A stretch of 48,250 nucleotides of DNA, taken from Candidatus Woesearchaeota archaeon (GTDB taxonomy: Archaea > Nanobdellota > Nanobdellia > Woesearchaeales > UBA12501). Below the pieces are notes generated by a model. The model was given only the letters and a program-made list of their open reading frames with translations, searched no databases and had not been told where the DNA came from. The position numbers were made by a program, and so were the translations under genes. Shown piece by piece: positions 19,651-28,900 of this stretch; position 1 is the first letter of the stretch, and every line of letters starts with the position of its first letter. The stretch is from assembly GCA_016180035.1 (NCBI GenBank), contig JACPCA010000008.1, positions 1 to 48,250 on the forward strand. Reading direction: 5' to 3'.

Positions 19651-19959
19651 TTACTGGACATCGATGGTCTCTGGCGCAAATCCAAGTTTGGCCAGCAGAG
19701 GCTTGACTTTCTGCTTGTGATCGCCTTGCAGCTCAATGATCCCTCCCTTGTCCGTGCCGCCGCAGGCAAAGGAGCTCTTGAACGTCTTCAGCAGGTCTTT
19801 CATGTCGATCTGCTTGCCGTCAATCCCTTCAATGATCGTGTACATCTTTCCAAATTTTCTTTTTTCAGAGCTGACAATGATGCGGAGGCTTTCTTTGGCG
19901 ATGGACTCGCACACGCAAAGGTCCTTTGGGAGGCCGCAGATGGCGCAGATGGTACTCAT
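19651..19959 (-). CDS. sui1: Translation initiation factor aIF-1 (SUI1)
   Basis: CAICGLPKDLCVC, FACGGT, IELQGDH. Confidence 0.95.
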   Translation of the reverse strand: MSTICAICGLPKDLCVCESIAKESLRIIVSSEKRKFGKMYTIIEGIDGKQIDMKDLLKTFKSSFACGGTDKGGIIELQGDHKQKVKPLLAKLGFAPETIDVQ

Positions 19960-19962
19960 GCT

Positions 19963-20280
19963 TTAGTTTCCTCTGCTCTGCAGCTGTGGTTTCTTAGCTT
20001 CTTTCGCCGCTGCTGGAGCTGCTTGATGATGCTTGTCTGATACTGACTTTGGCGTGGACAATGGTGTGGATAATGATGCTGTCTTTCCGGACTGCTGGGT
20101 CCCGAGCGTGTGCAGCCTGGCGATGGCCCGCCGGATGTTTCGCAGCTGCATCGGATTCTTGGGCGGTGTTCCTGTTGCAGACTGTGCTTTCAAGACAAGA
20201 TATTCCTTACGAAGGTCTTGGATCTTTGCGGGAATCTCTGCTAGCTTGAGCTCCTGCAGGCTTTTCATCGCGCGAGTCAT
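19963..20280 (-). CDS. rpl29: 50S ribosomal protein uL29
   Basis: DLRKE, NPMQLRNIRRAIARL; position after rps3; low-complexity tail. Confidence 0.9.
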   Translation of the reverse strand: MTRAMKSLQELKLAEIPAKIQDLRKEYLVLKAQSATGTPPKNPMQLRNIRRAIARLHTLGTQQSGKTASLSTPLSTPKSVSDKHHQAAPAAAKEAKKPQLQSRGN

Positions 20281-21233
20281 GGTTGGCCACCTGCAGAGGC
20301 GGCTGTATCAGCTATCGCTGCGGTATTATCTATCGCTGCTGCGGGAACCGCTTCTTTCATGTCTTTCGTTTCTTTTTTCTTCCGTGGCTGTTTCTCTGCT
20401 GCTTTTTCTCCTGGCGTTTCTGATGCAGGCTTGCCTTCTGATGCTTGCTTGTCTGCTTTTTTTCTGGAGCGTGATGGCCTTTTTGCTTTTGATGGTGACG
20501 CTTGCTCTGCTTGCGGAGCCTGTAACGCTTCTCCTGATGCATCTCGTACATCTCCTGCAGCCCTTACTTCTCCTGCGACAAGCTTTGATGGTGATGCGCC
20601 TAAAACGCTTCCTGATGCAGGCTGTTGAAGCTCCTCCGGAGCCCTTATCTTGACATCATCCGGCCTCTTGGTCGTCGGCGGCATGATACTGACCTGGATG
20701 CCGATGACGCCGGATTTCAGGAGCGCGGTGGCATAGGCATGATGGACGCCGCTGATGGCGATGTCGCCGCATTTCTTGAGATAGCCGCTGAAAAACCGCC
20801 ACGTCTTGGCGCGCATGCTTGGGACTTTGCCGCTGATGGTCACTTCAATCCCTAATGCCCCTGCTGCCATGACATCCGTGAGCACCTTGTGGGCGACTCC
20901 TTTAAATCGCTGGGAGCCGAAGCGCTCTAATGACATGGCGATCCGCTCTGCCACGATGCGGGCATCGAGATTTATATTCTCCACCTCTGCGATTTCTATC
21001 TGAGGATTTTCAAGCTGGTACTCCCTCTTCAAGTCTGTCGTGAGCTTCTTGATGTTTTGGCCTTTCCTGCCGACAATCATGCCAGGCCTTGCAGTATAGA
21101 CCACGATCTTTTCGCCAAGCGGCGTGCGCTGGACCTTGATGTGGCTGAGGCCGCTATTCTTGAGATCGCCAGCTATATATTCTTGGATCTTGAGTTCCTT
21201 CATCCGCTGCTCAACAATTTTTCTCTCGATCAT
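20277..21233 (-). CDS. rps3: 30S ribosomal protein uS3
   Basis: RTPLG, RPGMIVGRKG (KH), GALGIEVTISGK, GYLKKCG, GVIGIQV; long tail. Confidence 0.97.
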   Translation of the reverse strand: MIERKIVEQRMKELKIQEYIAGDLKNSGLSHIKVQRTPLGEKIVVYTARPGMIVGRKGQNIKKLTTDLKREYQLENPQIEIAEVENINLDARIVAERIAMSLERFGSQRFKGVAHKVLTDVMAAGALGIEVTISGKVPSMRAKTWRFFSGYLKKCGDIAISGVHHAYATALLKSGVIGIQVSIMPPTTKRPDDVKIRAPEELQQPASGSVLGASPSKLVAGEVRAAGDVRDASGEALQAPQAEQASPSKAKRPSRSRKKADKQASEGKPASETPGEKAAEKQPRKKKETKDMKEAVPAAAIDNTAAIADTAASAGGQP

Positions 21234-21249
21234 CGCTTGAGGCTCTCCG

Positions 21250-21828
21250 TTAATTTCTGATTAATTTCTGCTCTCCCTGCTGTTTGGCATTTGCACCAGC
21301 CGGAGCGCCAGCTGAATTGCCGGCGGCCTTGCCACTGATTTTGCCGACGGCCTTGGCAGCCGGAGCTGGTGATGAACCAGGATTGGCGGATTGCCGCGTC
21401 TCTTGAACAACCACTTCGATATGGCTCATCTTCATGACCCTGCCGCGCTGGCGTGAAGCATGATACTGTTTGGATGCCTTCTGTGCTGCAGCGTGGATGA
21501 CCATCAGGCGCGAGGTGTTCAGGCCCTTCTGCTGAGCATTTGCCTCGGCGCTGGACAGCAGCTGAAGGAAGCGCGTGCATGCCTTGACAGGATATCTGCC
21601 GGATGCCATGCCGTGCTTATGGCCAAGCCCGTTGGTGAATCGCCGGAATGGCACAGGGGATTTCTTGGCGATGGCTTTTTCCATGAGCTTCTTTGCAGCC
21701 TGGAGCTCTTTCTTTCTCAGGAACGAGCAGATCTCGATAGACTGCTTGAATGATATCGGCACGTCTTTGCTGGCGGCTCGCGCCATCGTGTCTGCATTGA
21801 ATCCCTGGAATGAATATGCTGTTGGCAT
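21250..21828 (-). CDS. rpl22: 50S ribosomal protein uL22
   Basis: ISFKQSIEIC, VPFRRF, GRYPVKA, AEANA, HIEVVV. Confidence 0.96.
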   Translation of the reverse strand: MPTAYSFQGFNADTMARAASKDVPISFKQSIEICSFLRKKELQAAKKLMEKAIAKKSPVPFRRFTNGLGHKHGMASGRYPVKACTRFLQLLSSAEANAQQKGLNTSRLMVIHAAAQKASKQYHASRQRGRVMKMSHIEVVVQETRQSANPGSSPAPAAKAVGKISGKAAGNSAGAPAGANAKQQGEQKLIRN

Positions 21829-21836
21829 CGTGTCAG

Positions 21837-22217
21837 TTACCTCACGGAAACGCTGGCGCTGGACCGCGTCGCTCCGATTCCTGGCGCAGAGTGGGCAACA
21901 CGCTGGCGGGTCATTGAAAATTCCCCGAGGCGGTGGCCGAGCATTTCTGGCAGGATCGTGATAGGGTTGAAGGTCTTTCCGTTGTAAATATTGATCGTGG
22001 CACCGACCATGGACGGAATGATGACCATGTCCCGAGAGTGCGTCTTCACCGGGCGTTTCAGCTGGAGCCGCTTCAGGACGGATTTCTGCTGTACGGAAAT
22101 CCCCCGCTTCAGCGTTCGCCGCTGCCGGGCAGGGATGAGCTTGATGAATTCTTCCAGCTGCATCGCCTTGAGCTCCTCAAGGGTTTTTCCTCGGTATTGG
22201 AATTCTTTTCGTGCCAT
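21837..22217 (-). CDS. rps19: 30S ribosomal protein uS19
   Basis: YRGKTLEEL, KTHSRDM, YNGK, EMLGHRLGEFS, GIGATRSS. Confidence 0.97.
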   Translation of the reverse strand: MARKEFQYRGKTLEELKAMQLEEFIKLIPARQRRTLKRGISVQQKSVLKRLQLKRPVKTHSRDMVIIPSMVGATINIYNGKTFNPITILPEMLGHRLGEFSMTRQRVAHSAPGIGATRSSASVSVR

Positions 22218-22267
22218 GGTTAATCACAAGTTTATACAGTTGTTGTTTCAATTTTACCGTTGTTGTT

Positions 22268-23017
22268 TCAATTTGCTGCATTTTCTGGCGCAGTGGACGA
22301 GCCTGTTTTTCGCCCGGTCCTTCTCGGCCGGATCATACCGACCTTTCGCCCTGGCCCTGCATGCCGCGGCGCTGGGCGAGCCTTGGACTTCCTGCTCGTT
22401 CTCTTATTTCCGAACGGATGATCGACAGCGTTCTGGGCAGATCCTGAAATCTGAGGCCAGAGCTTATTTTTTGCTTTCATCTTGAAATATTTTGTTCCAG
22501 CGCGGAGGAAGGGCTTGTCGACCCTGCCGCTGCCTGAGGGGATGCCGATCATCGCCCTGCATTCAGGATGAAACGCTTTTTCTTTCTTGGACGGAAGCTT
22601 GACGATCACGCCGGCATCGGTCTTTCCGACAATGCGCGCGGTGACGCCGGATGCCCGGACATACTTTCCGCCGTCGCCAGGGATGCCTTCAATATTGCAG
22701 ACATCAAGCCCGATGGGGATGCTGCGGAGCGGAAGAGTATTTCCCAAGGTCGGCGCTGCTTCAGGGCCGGTCTGGACGAGCTCCCCGAGGCGCAGCCCTT
22801 CTGGCGCGATTGCCAGGCAGGAATCCCCGTCGAGATATTCGATCCTTGCAAGAGGAGAGGAATGTCCCTGGCAGTGGATAAGGTCGATGACTCTTCCTTG
22901 ATGGAGAGGGCTGCCGTCACTTGATTTATGGCATACCCTTCCGGCATAGCGGAATGATGGAGCGCGGTAGCGGGGTGATCCTTTTCCCCGTGCCTGGGAG
23001 ATGAGATTCTTTCCCAT
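22268..23017 (-). CDS. rpl2: 50S ribosomal protein uL2
   Basis: MGKNLISQARGKGS, GDGGKYVRASG, LPSKKEK, NAVDHPFG, GRKVG. Confidence 0.97.
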   Translation of the reverse strand: MGKNLISQARGKGSPRYRAPSFRYAGRVCHKSSDGSPLHQGRVIDLIHCQGHSSPLARIEYLDGDSCLAIAPEGLRLGELVQTGPEAAPTLGNTLPLRSIPIGLDVCNIEGIPGDGGKYVRASGVTARIVGKTDAGVIVKLPSKKEKAFHPECRAMIGIPSGSGRVDKPFLRAGTKYFKMKAKNKLWPQISGSAQNAVDHPFGNKRTSRKSKARPAPRHAGPGRKVGMIRPRRTGRKTGSSTAPENAAN

Positions 23018-23025
23018 AGTTCACC

Positions 23026-23298
23026 TTACATGAGCCCCATCTTAGTCGCAATGTCGATGGCAGGGCTGTCCTTGGCAAATGCCACATACGCTTTCTTCAA
23101 TCCTTTGCTGGTGATGCTGGTGTGGACGTTTGCCACGCGAACCTTGAACGATTCTTCCACTGCTTTCTTGATGAGAGGCTTGGAAGCCTGCAGGTCAACG
23201 ACAAAGATGAGCGTGTTTTCTGACTCCATCAGCCGTATCGTCTTTTCTGTCGAGAGAGGATACTTGATGACACTGGAGAGAGGGATGTCGGAGGTCAT
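23026..23298 (-). CDS. rpl23: 50S ribosomal protein uL23
   Basis: PLSTEK, NTLIFVV, IKKAVE, KKAYV, AIDIATKMG. Confidence 0.96.
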   Translation of the reverse strand: MTSDIPLSSVIKYPLSTEKTIRLMESENTLIFVVDLQASKPLIKKAVEESFKVRVANVHTSITSKGLKKAYVAFAKDSPAIDIATKMGLM

Positions 23299-23316
23299 GG
23301 CAGTCAGGGTTCCTTT

Positions 23317-24222
23317 TTATCTTTTTTGATCGCTCACTTTTTTGTTTTGATTGGCGGAGGGGGTATCTCTTTTTTGATCGTCATTGCCAAGCCGTGATGG
23401 CGCGGTGGCCGGTGTCTTGGTGAACAACTGCTCTTTTGCTAACAATTCGAGAGCAGCTTGAGTGAATAGGGTTGCACGGCCGACAACAGCTCCTGGCGCA
23501 AGGAGGTTGGCGTTCAAGGAACGGACGTTGGCAACCTCGATGCCTGGAATGTTGATGGATGATCGTGAAAGGCTGCACTCGCCGCTGACAACGATGAGCG
23601 GGCCGTGCTTGGATCGGTACTTCCTGCCGCGGATCTTCCCCCTCGTCGGGCGGATGGATCTGGAAGAGACGCGCTGAAGCTCGCTGCCAAAGCCGAGGGC
23701 CTGAAGTGTTTTCGTGACATCTTTCGTCTTGGATAATGATTCTGCCCGGGTTTCCAGAGCAAACGGATATGTTGGAGGAACATGATGCCCCCGCTGCAGG
23801 ACCAATGGCTTGCTCATCACTGCAGCCATGGCTGACCGGATGGCCTTGCGTTTTTCCTGAAGATTTATTTTTTTTGAAAGGACTTTCCCTGCTTTCGGGG
23901 GGTGGGCTTCGCGGCCGCCGACAGTGCCTGGCGACAGGGCGCCAACCCAGTTCATGCGCGTTCCGCTCCTGCTCATGATCTTTCTTGGAACTCGTGAAAT
24001 GCCGATACCATAAGATGTCTTGTAATCACGCCGCCGACGGGAAATCTTGGCAGAGTGGCGCTGGCCAGCTCCCGGCATTGCGCCGTAGGGCTGGCGGGTG
24101 TTGGCCTGGATGGCCTCGACTGCCCGCTTGACAAGATCAGGACGGACTGGCTCCTGGAATTGTGAAGGAAGATCAAGGCTTCCTGCGCGGCTGTTAGTGA
24201 TGGTGAAGACGTCGAGTTTCAT
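23317..24222 (-). CDS. rpl4: 50S ribosomal protein uL4
   Basis: VRPDLVKRA, RQPYG, GISRVPR, VGGREAHPP, KINLQEKR, LLAPG. Confidence 0.96.
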   Translation of the reverse strand: MKLDVFTITNSRAGSLDLPSQFQEPVRPDLVKRAVEAIQANTRQPYGAMPGAGQRHSAKISRRRRDYKTSYGIGISRVPRKIMSRSGTRMNWVGALSPGTVGGREAHPPKAGKVLSKKINLQEKRKAIRSAMAAVMSKPLVLQRGHHVPPTYPFALETRAESLSKTKDVTKTLQALGFGSELQRVSSRSIRPTRGKIRGRKYRSKHGPLIVVSGECSLSRSSINIPGIEVANVRSLNANLLAPGAVVGRATLFTQAALELLAKEQLFTKTPATAPSRLGNDDQKRDTPSANQNKKVSDQKR

Positions 24223-24299
24223 GGGGCTTCGAGTGTTGATTTTTAGCAGGTTTTTTGTGATGGGCGTTTTATGATAAGCTTATTGTTGTGGTGATACGT

Positions 24300-25289
24300 T
24301 TATTGCTGTGATGATGTGCTGATATATTGCACGGTTGGCGCTTCTGTTGGGATGGTATGATCAGGACGCATGGATTGGGTGAGGCGGACAAGGCGCTTCT
24401 TGGAGCCGGCAACAGATCCTCGAAGGAGAAGATACGGGCTCTTGACAAGGCCATAGCGCCCAATCCCACCTGCAGGATTGATGGCAGAAACATCAGAACT
24501 GATCTTGACGATGGGCTTGTTCCATTCTGTCCTGGAGTGATACCCCATCTGTCCTGCGTGGGCAACCCGGTACATCATGTGCTGCTGGCCGCGCCAGGCG
24601 CCAAGGCTTCCTGGCCCGCGCTTGGTCTTTTCTGCCTTGTGCTGCCGGATGGCAACGCCAAAGCGCTTGACTGGCCCCTGAAATCCTTTGCCCTTTGTCA
24701 CGGCGTGAACATCAACCTGCTGACCCTCTTTGAGGATATCCTGGACAGCCAGTTCTTTTCCAACAACAGACTTCGCATAGTCTGCCTGGGCCTGGACAGC
24801 TCCGGGCAGCGCGACTTCGAACAGGTCGGGTATTTTCTTGCCAAACCCGACGAGATTAGGCTGGGTGGCGACAAGAAGGTGGACTGCACAGATGCCGTCA
24901 AGAGAAACAGAAGGGAGGGAAGAAAGCGTGTCTTTTTTGGGGAGTGGAAGCCTCTTGCCCAACTCTTTCCCCTTGTCAGGCTTGGCAAACACTTCGGTCT
25001 TGACGCGCGTTCCCCACGCTGTCTTGGTGAGGAAACGGACGCCAACGACGTTGAGCGGTGGGCATTCGATAATCGTGACAGGGATACTGATCGGCTGGCC
25101 TTTTGTCTTGGATGTCTGGCGATTGTCTACCATAACAAGATGAGTCATGCCTGCCTTGTACCCGGCAAACTCGACCGGCCGCACCTCTTTTCCTTTGGCA
25201 AGAGAAGCATTGACTCGTGGATAGCTCCGTCTAGCTCGCTTCCGTGGCCAGTAAGCCATGCTTCCGTGACGTGGGTGGTGATGTCCCAT
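24300..25289 (-). CDS. rpl3: 50S ribosomal protein uL3
   Basis: PRHGS..PRKRA, GYKAGMTH, TKGKGFQGPVKRFG, AGQMGYHSRTE. Confidence 0.97.
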   Translation of the reverse strand: MGHHHPRHGSMAYWPRKRARRSYPRVNASLAKGKEVRPVEFAGYKAGMTHLVMVDNRQTSKTKGQPISIPVTIIECPPLNVVGVRFLTKTAWGTRVKTEVFAKPDKGKELGKRLPLPKKDTLSSLPSVSLDGICAVHLLVATQPNLVGFGKKIPDLFEVALPGAVQAQADYAKSVVGKELAVQDILKEGQQVDVHAVTKGKGFQGPVKRFGVAIRQHKAEKTKRGPGSLGAWRGQQHMMYRVAHAGQMGYHSRTEWNKPIVKISSDVSAINPAGGIGRYGLVKSPYLLLRGSVAGSKKRLVRLTQSMRPDHTIPTEAPTVQYISTSSQQ

Positions 25290-25550
25290 AAAATAGTGCC
25301 TGCTTCATGACAAACAGTGCGAAAAAGAACAAGCCGTGACACTTTTTCAAAAAAAAGCCCCAAATAAGGGTTTTTTCAGCAAAGAGCCTATTTTTGAAGC
25401 CAGTATTCTCAGAAAAAAGTTTATTGCTAAACTTGTACTGAAAAGACTCCTTTTCAGGCTTGGTTTTCCAAATCTCGCATTTAAACCTTCCAATAACGCG
25501 TTTAAATGCCCTGTTGCGTATTTTTGAAGAAAACGGGACCGATTTATAAA
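25290..25550 (-). promoter_or_regulatory. Putative promoter (TTTATAAA 25543-25550) and multi-hairpin leader of the ribosomal superoperon
   Basis: TATA-like box about 250 bp upstream of rpl3; hairpins at 25417-25434, 25438-25457 and 25477-25509. Confidence 0.45.
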
Positions 25551-25976
25551 GATTGTGGTGGGGTGGGCTTTGTAGAAAAAGTCTTCTTAAATAGGAAGAA
25601 ATGTTGTGGAGGATGGCTCGGCTGTAGATTTGGCTTCGTTGATTTCTGATGTTGGTGGAGCTGAGGGTGCTGGAGTATTTGCTTTTGATGCTGGAATTGA
25701 TGGTTTCTGGTGAGGTAGGCTACTACTTTTGTTTCACCTGCTGGTTTCGCATTAATCTTTATTCTAAAATCTTGGCCTAAGACCCCGCTTTAGCGTCTGT
25801 TTTAACTGGGAGATACAGGCCAAAGCGCTTCTTTCATTGGAAAATTTGGAAGATGCGATAGCTCTCACCTACTATTCCAGGAAATTTCCACCTGCACTCA
25901 GGATAGGCGTGAAAAAGCAAGGAAAAGATTCAAACAGATTGTTGGTATTCGGACACCAAGATAAACTTCATTCTTA

Positions 25977-28900
25977 TTACCTCTCAACACCAACATTCAC
26001 TGAAGCGCTTCTCTGCCTGCTGGGATACTCAACGATCAGGTCGTTTCGTCTTGTCGTATCTTCCAGCCGGAAGTGCGTCCCGTACACGGTCATCGCCTCT
26101 TCATAGTCTCCTGCATCATACGTGCGCAGGCCTGGAAGGCTGACACCGATCTCCCCGTCAGTAACACTAAAGCGGATAGTAGTTGTCTCATCCGGTGAGC
26201 TTGAATTGCTCAGGTAGCGCTTCAGCGTCCGAAGCGTGATATCCGTCGGCGATCCTGCAGCCCCAAGCTCGAGAATGCCATTGCCCATGATGTTGATGGG
26301 GATGGCAGCGCCATTGAGTGTCCCGTCAGCGTTCTGGTCCACCACCAGCTTGTCGCCGGCAGGGTTGATGAAGAACTCATACGACACGCCGGACAGCACC
26401 AGGCTTCCCTGGCCAAGGCCGGCAGCGTCGATGGCTTCATACGCCGTAAAACCCTCGACAGTAAACGTGAGCTGCTTTGTCTCTTTGTTATACTCGACGA
26501 TCGTGCAGGACTCGCAGGGCTTCCCATCCTTGTAGATCACTGGATTGATCATGTCCACGTTTTCAAGGGTGACGATGGCAGGCTTGTCCAGTTCTGGCGC
26601 CTTGCTGGAATCTACCTCCACCCTGTTTTTGCTGAAGATGACGGACTCATCCAGATTCAGCCCTCTGGCATCGACAGCCTTGGCAAACTCGATCTTTCCA
26701 AGCCCGTTCCTGCCAAGCGTCAGCCGGTCAACACGCTTCAAGTCATCCAGTGTCTTCGTGGAAAAGTCCGTAGTGACCTCTTTGTCAAACGTCGCTGCTT
26801 GCGGCGGCTCGTTGATGGCGTTATCAGACTGGAAGGCGCTGAAGAGATCACTAAAAAAGTCGCTGATCTTATCGATGATGGATTTCTCTCCGCCAGCCTC
26901 TCCACCTGCCTCATTTCCGGCTGGCTGGCCAGTTTCCGGCATCCCCTGCTGGCCTTGGAGAGATTCTTCATACTCCCTGATCATTTGGTCATAGATCTTG
27001 TCCCTCGCCTGGCGGTCTTCGTCCTCTTTGAACATCTGATCATATCCCTTCTCCCGCTGCTCGCGCTCGTACCGTTCTATCATCTCATCATAGAGCTTCA
27101 TGCGCTGCTGCGTATTGTAGTCTTCAATCATTTTATCATACAGCTTCTCTCGCTTGAGGCGCTCGTCATACTCGTTCATCATCTTATTATACTGTTTCTC
27201 CCGCGCCTGCCGCGCCGCATCTGCTTCCTCCGCAACAACTTTGTCATTGACAAGGGCTTGAAGAGGGCCTCCCTCGCCGGGAACATCAGCAGAACATTTT
27301 GTTTCAGATGCGCAGTTCTCGCCGACTTTGGGATCGATCGTGACACAACTTTTTCCTCGGCACAGCGTTACGGACTTGCCGATAAGCGGCTCGTCCATAG
27401 AGAGAACAACCTTGTTCGTGCCCGGCAATTGGTAGATAACCGCAGCTGTTTTTGGCGTTTCTGGTGATGGCTGCGGCTGCCGTTCACAAGCGCCTTCCTG
27501 GCAGTTCGTGCACAATGAAAAGTCCATCTTTTCAGGCTTGTCTCCAGCACAGACCTGCTCTATCAGGTACTCCTCTTTTTGAAGCGGCTCTCCAACATAC
27601 TTCCATTCGTCATAAAAACATTCATCATAATGTTGAAACGGAGTGCCATCGTCCAATGCCCCACTAGTAAATCCGCTGGTATACGGCTCAAAGCCGCCGT
27701 CACTATCTGTGCAGCTTCCCTTGCCCTGCCTTACCCGTTCTTGCGGCTCGACGCAATGGTCTCCCTGACAGTCACAATCATAGCTTACAACACCATACAC
27801 ATCCCCTTTGCATATTGATTCGTATAGGGTGTGGGGATCATGGCACATATCTTTGTATGTTCTGCTCGACCCATCTGCTCTTGTTTCTGTTGCGCTGCCC
27901 TGTGTTTTGGGATTGTCTCCGTCGGTGTCAGTGCAGCTTCCTCCCTCGTTTTTGGGGATTGGGCCTGTCAAGGATGACTCTGGATCAGGGTTCTTTTTTA
28001 TATCAACACATTGCCCGCCCATACAGAGGCATTTTATGCTCTTGTCTCTGATCTTATTCTGATCGCAGTACACCTCAACAAGAGTTTCCGCCCTATCAGG
28101 GTACTTCATATCAAAGATGCTGTCAGCGCAGAAATCATGCTCCTCATGCACCTTTCCTGTCTCTGACACTTCTATCGCTGTACCCTTCTTATAATAATTG
28201 ATGCCACCGTCGCTATCCGTGCAGCTCGGCGTGTTTGCCGGCAGGACTGTTTGTGGGGTGAACCGATTAACCTTCTCCTTGCAGGCGCCGCCTTCACAGT
28301 CACATTCGACATTGATGAACTGCGGTTCGACACCGTTACAGATGTACTCATTCAGCATGCTTAGCCCAAGGCAGCTGTCCGTAAACTCAAAGCCGACGCC
28401 ATTGCTGTCAATGCCAGTCACCTTTCCTTGATTGTTGAAGTCTTTCCCGTCACTATCCGTACAGGAGGGCGTTGCAGGGCTGTTCGTCGTTTGTGTTGCC
28501 GAAGGCTGGCTGTCCATGCGTGCTGGCACTCCATCAAGCTTTACGGTTATCTCTCCCTCTCCAGGCACGTCCATAGAGCACTTGGATTCCGTAGCGCAGT
28601 TCTCCCCAACCTCTGGCATGAAGCTGACACAAGAATCTCCTCGGCAGATGGTGATCTGATGGTTGAGGAACGACGCGTCTGCTTCGACAACAACGTGCTG
28701 GCTTCCTGGAAGCAGATACGCTGTCTTGACAACCGGCTGAAATCTGACATTGACCGTTGACGAGCTCCCCGGCGCTAATTGAGGAGGAGAAGCTCCTGGC
28801 GGAGGAACCACCAATTTGGGAGAAGGCAGCGTTGCACCGCCAGTTGAAGGAACAGATGGAGCCTGGCGCTGTTCTGGCTGTGGTGTAGCATCAATACCAG

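Noticed and set aside
25585..25760. Pro/Ser/Ala-rich minus-strand reading frame upstream of the rpl3 promoter
   Set aside because: No in-frame ATG seen nearby and low complexity; cannot be supported as a gene.
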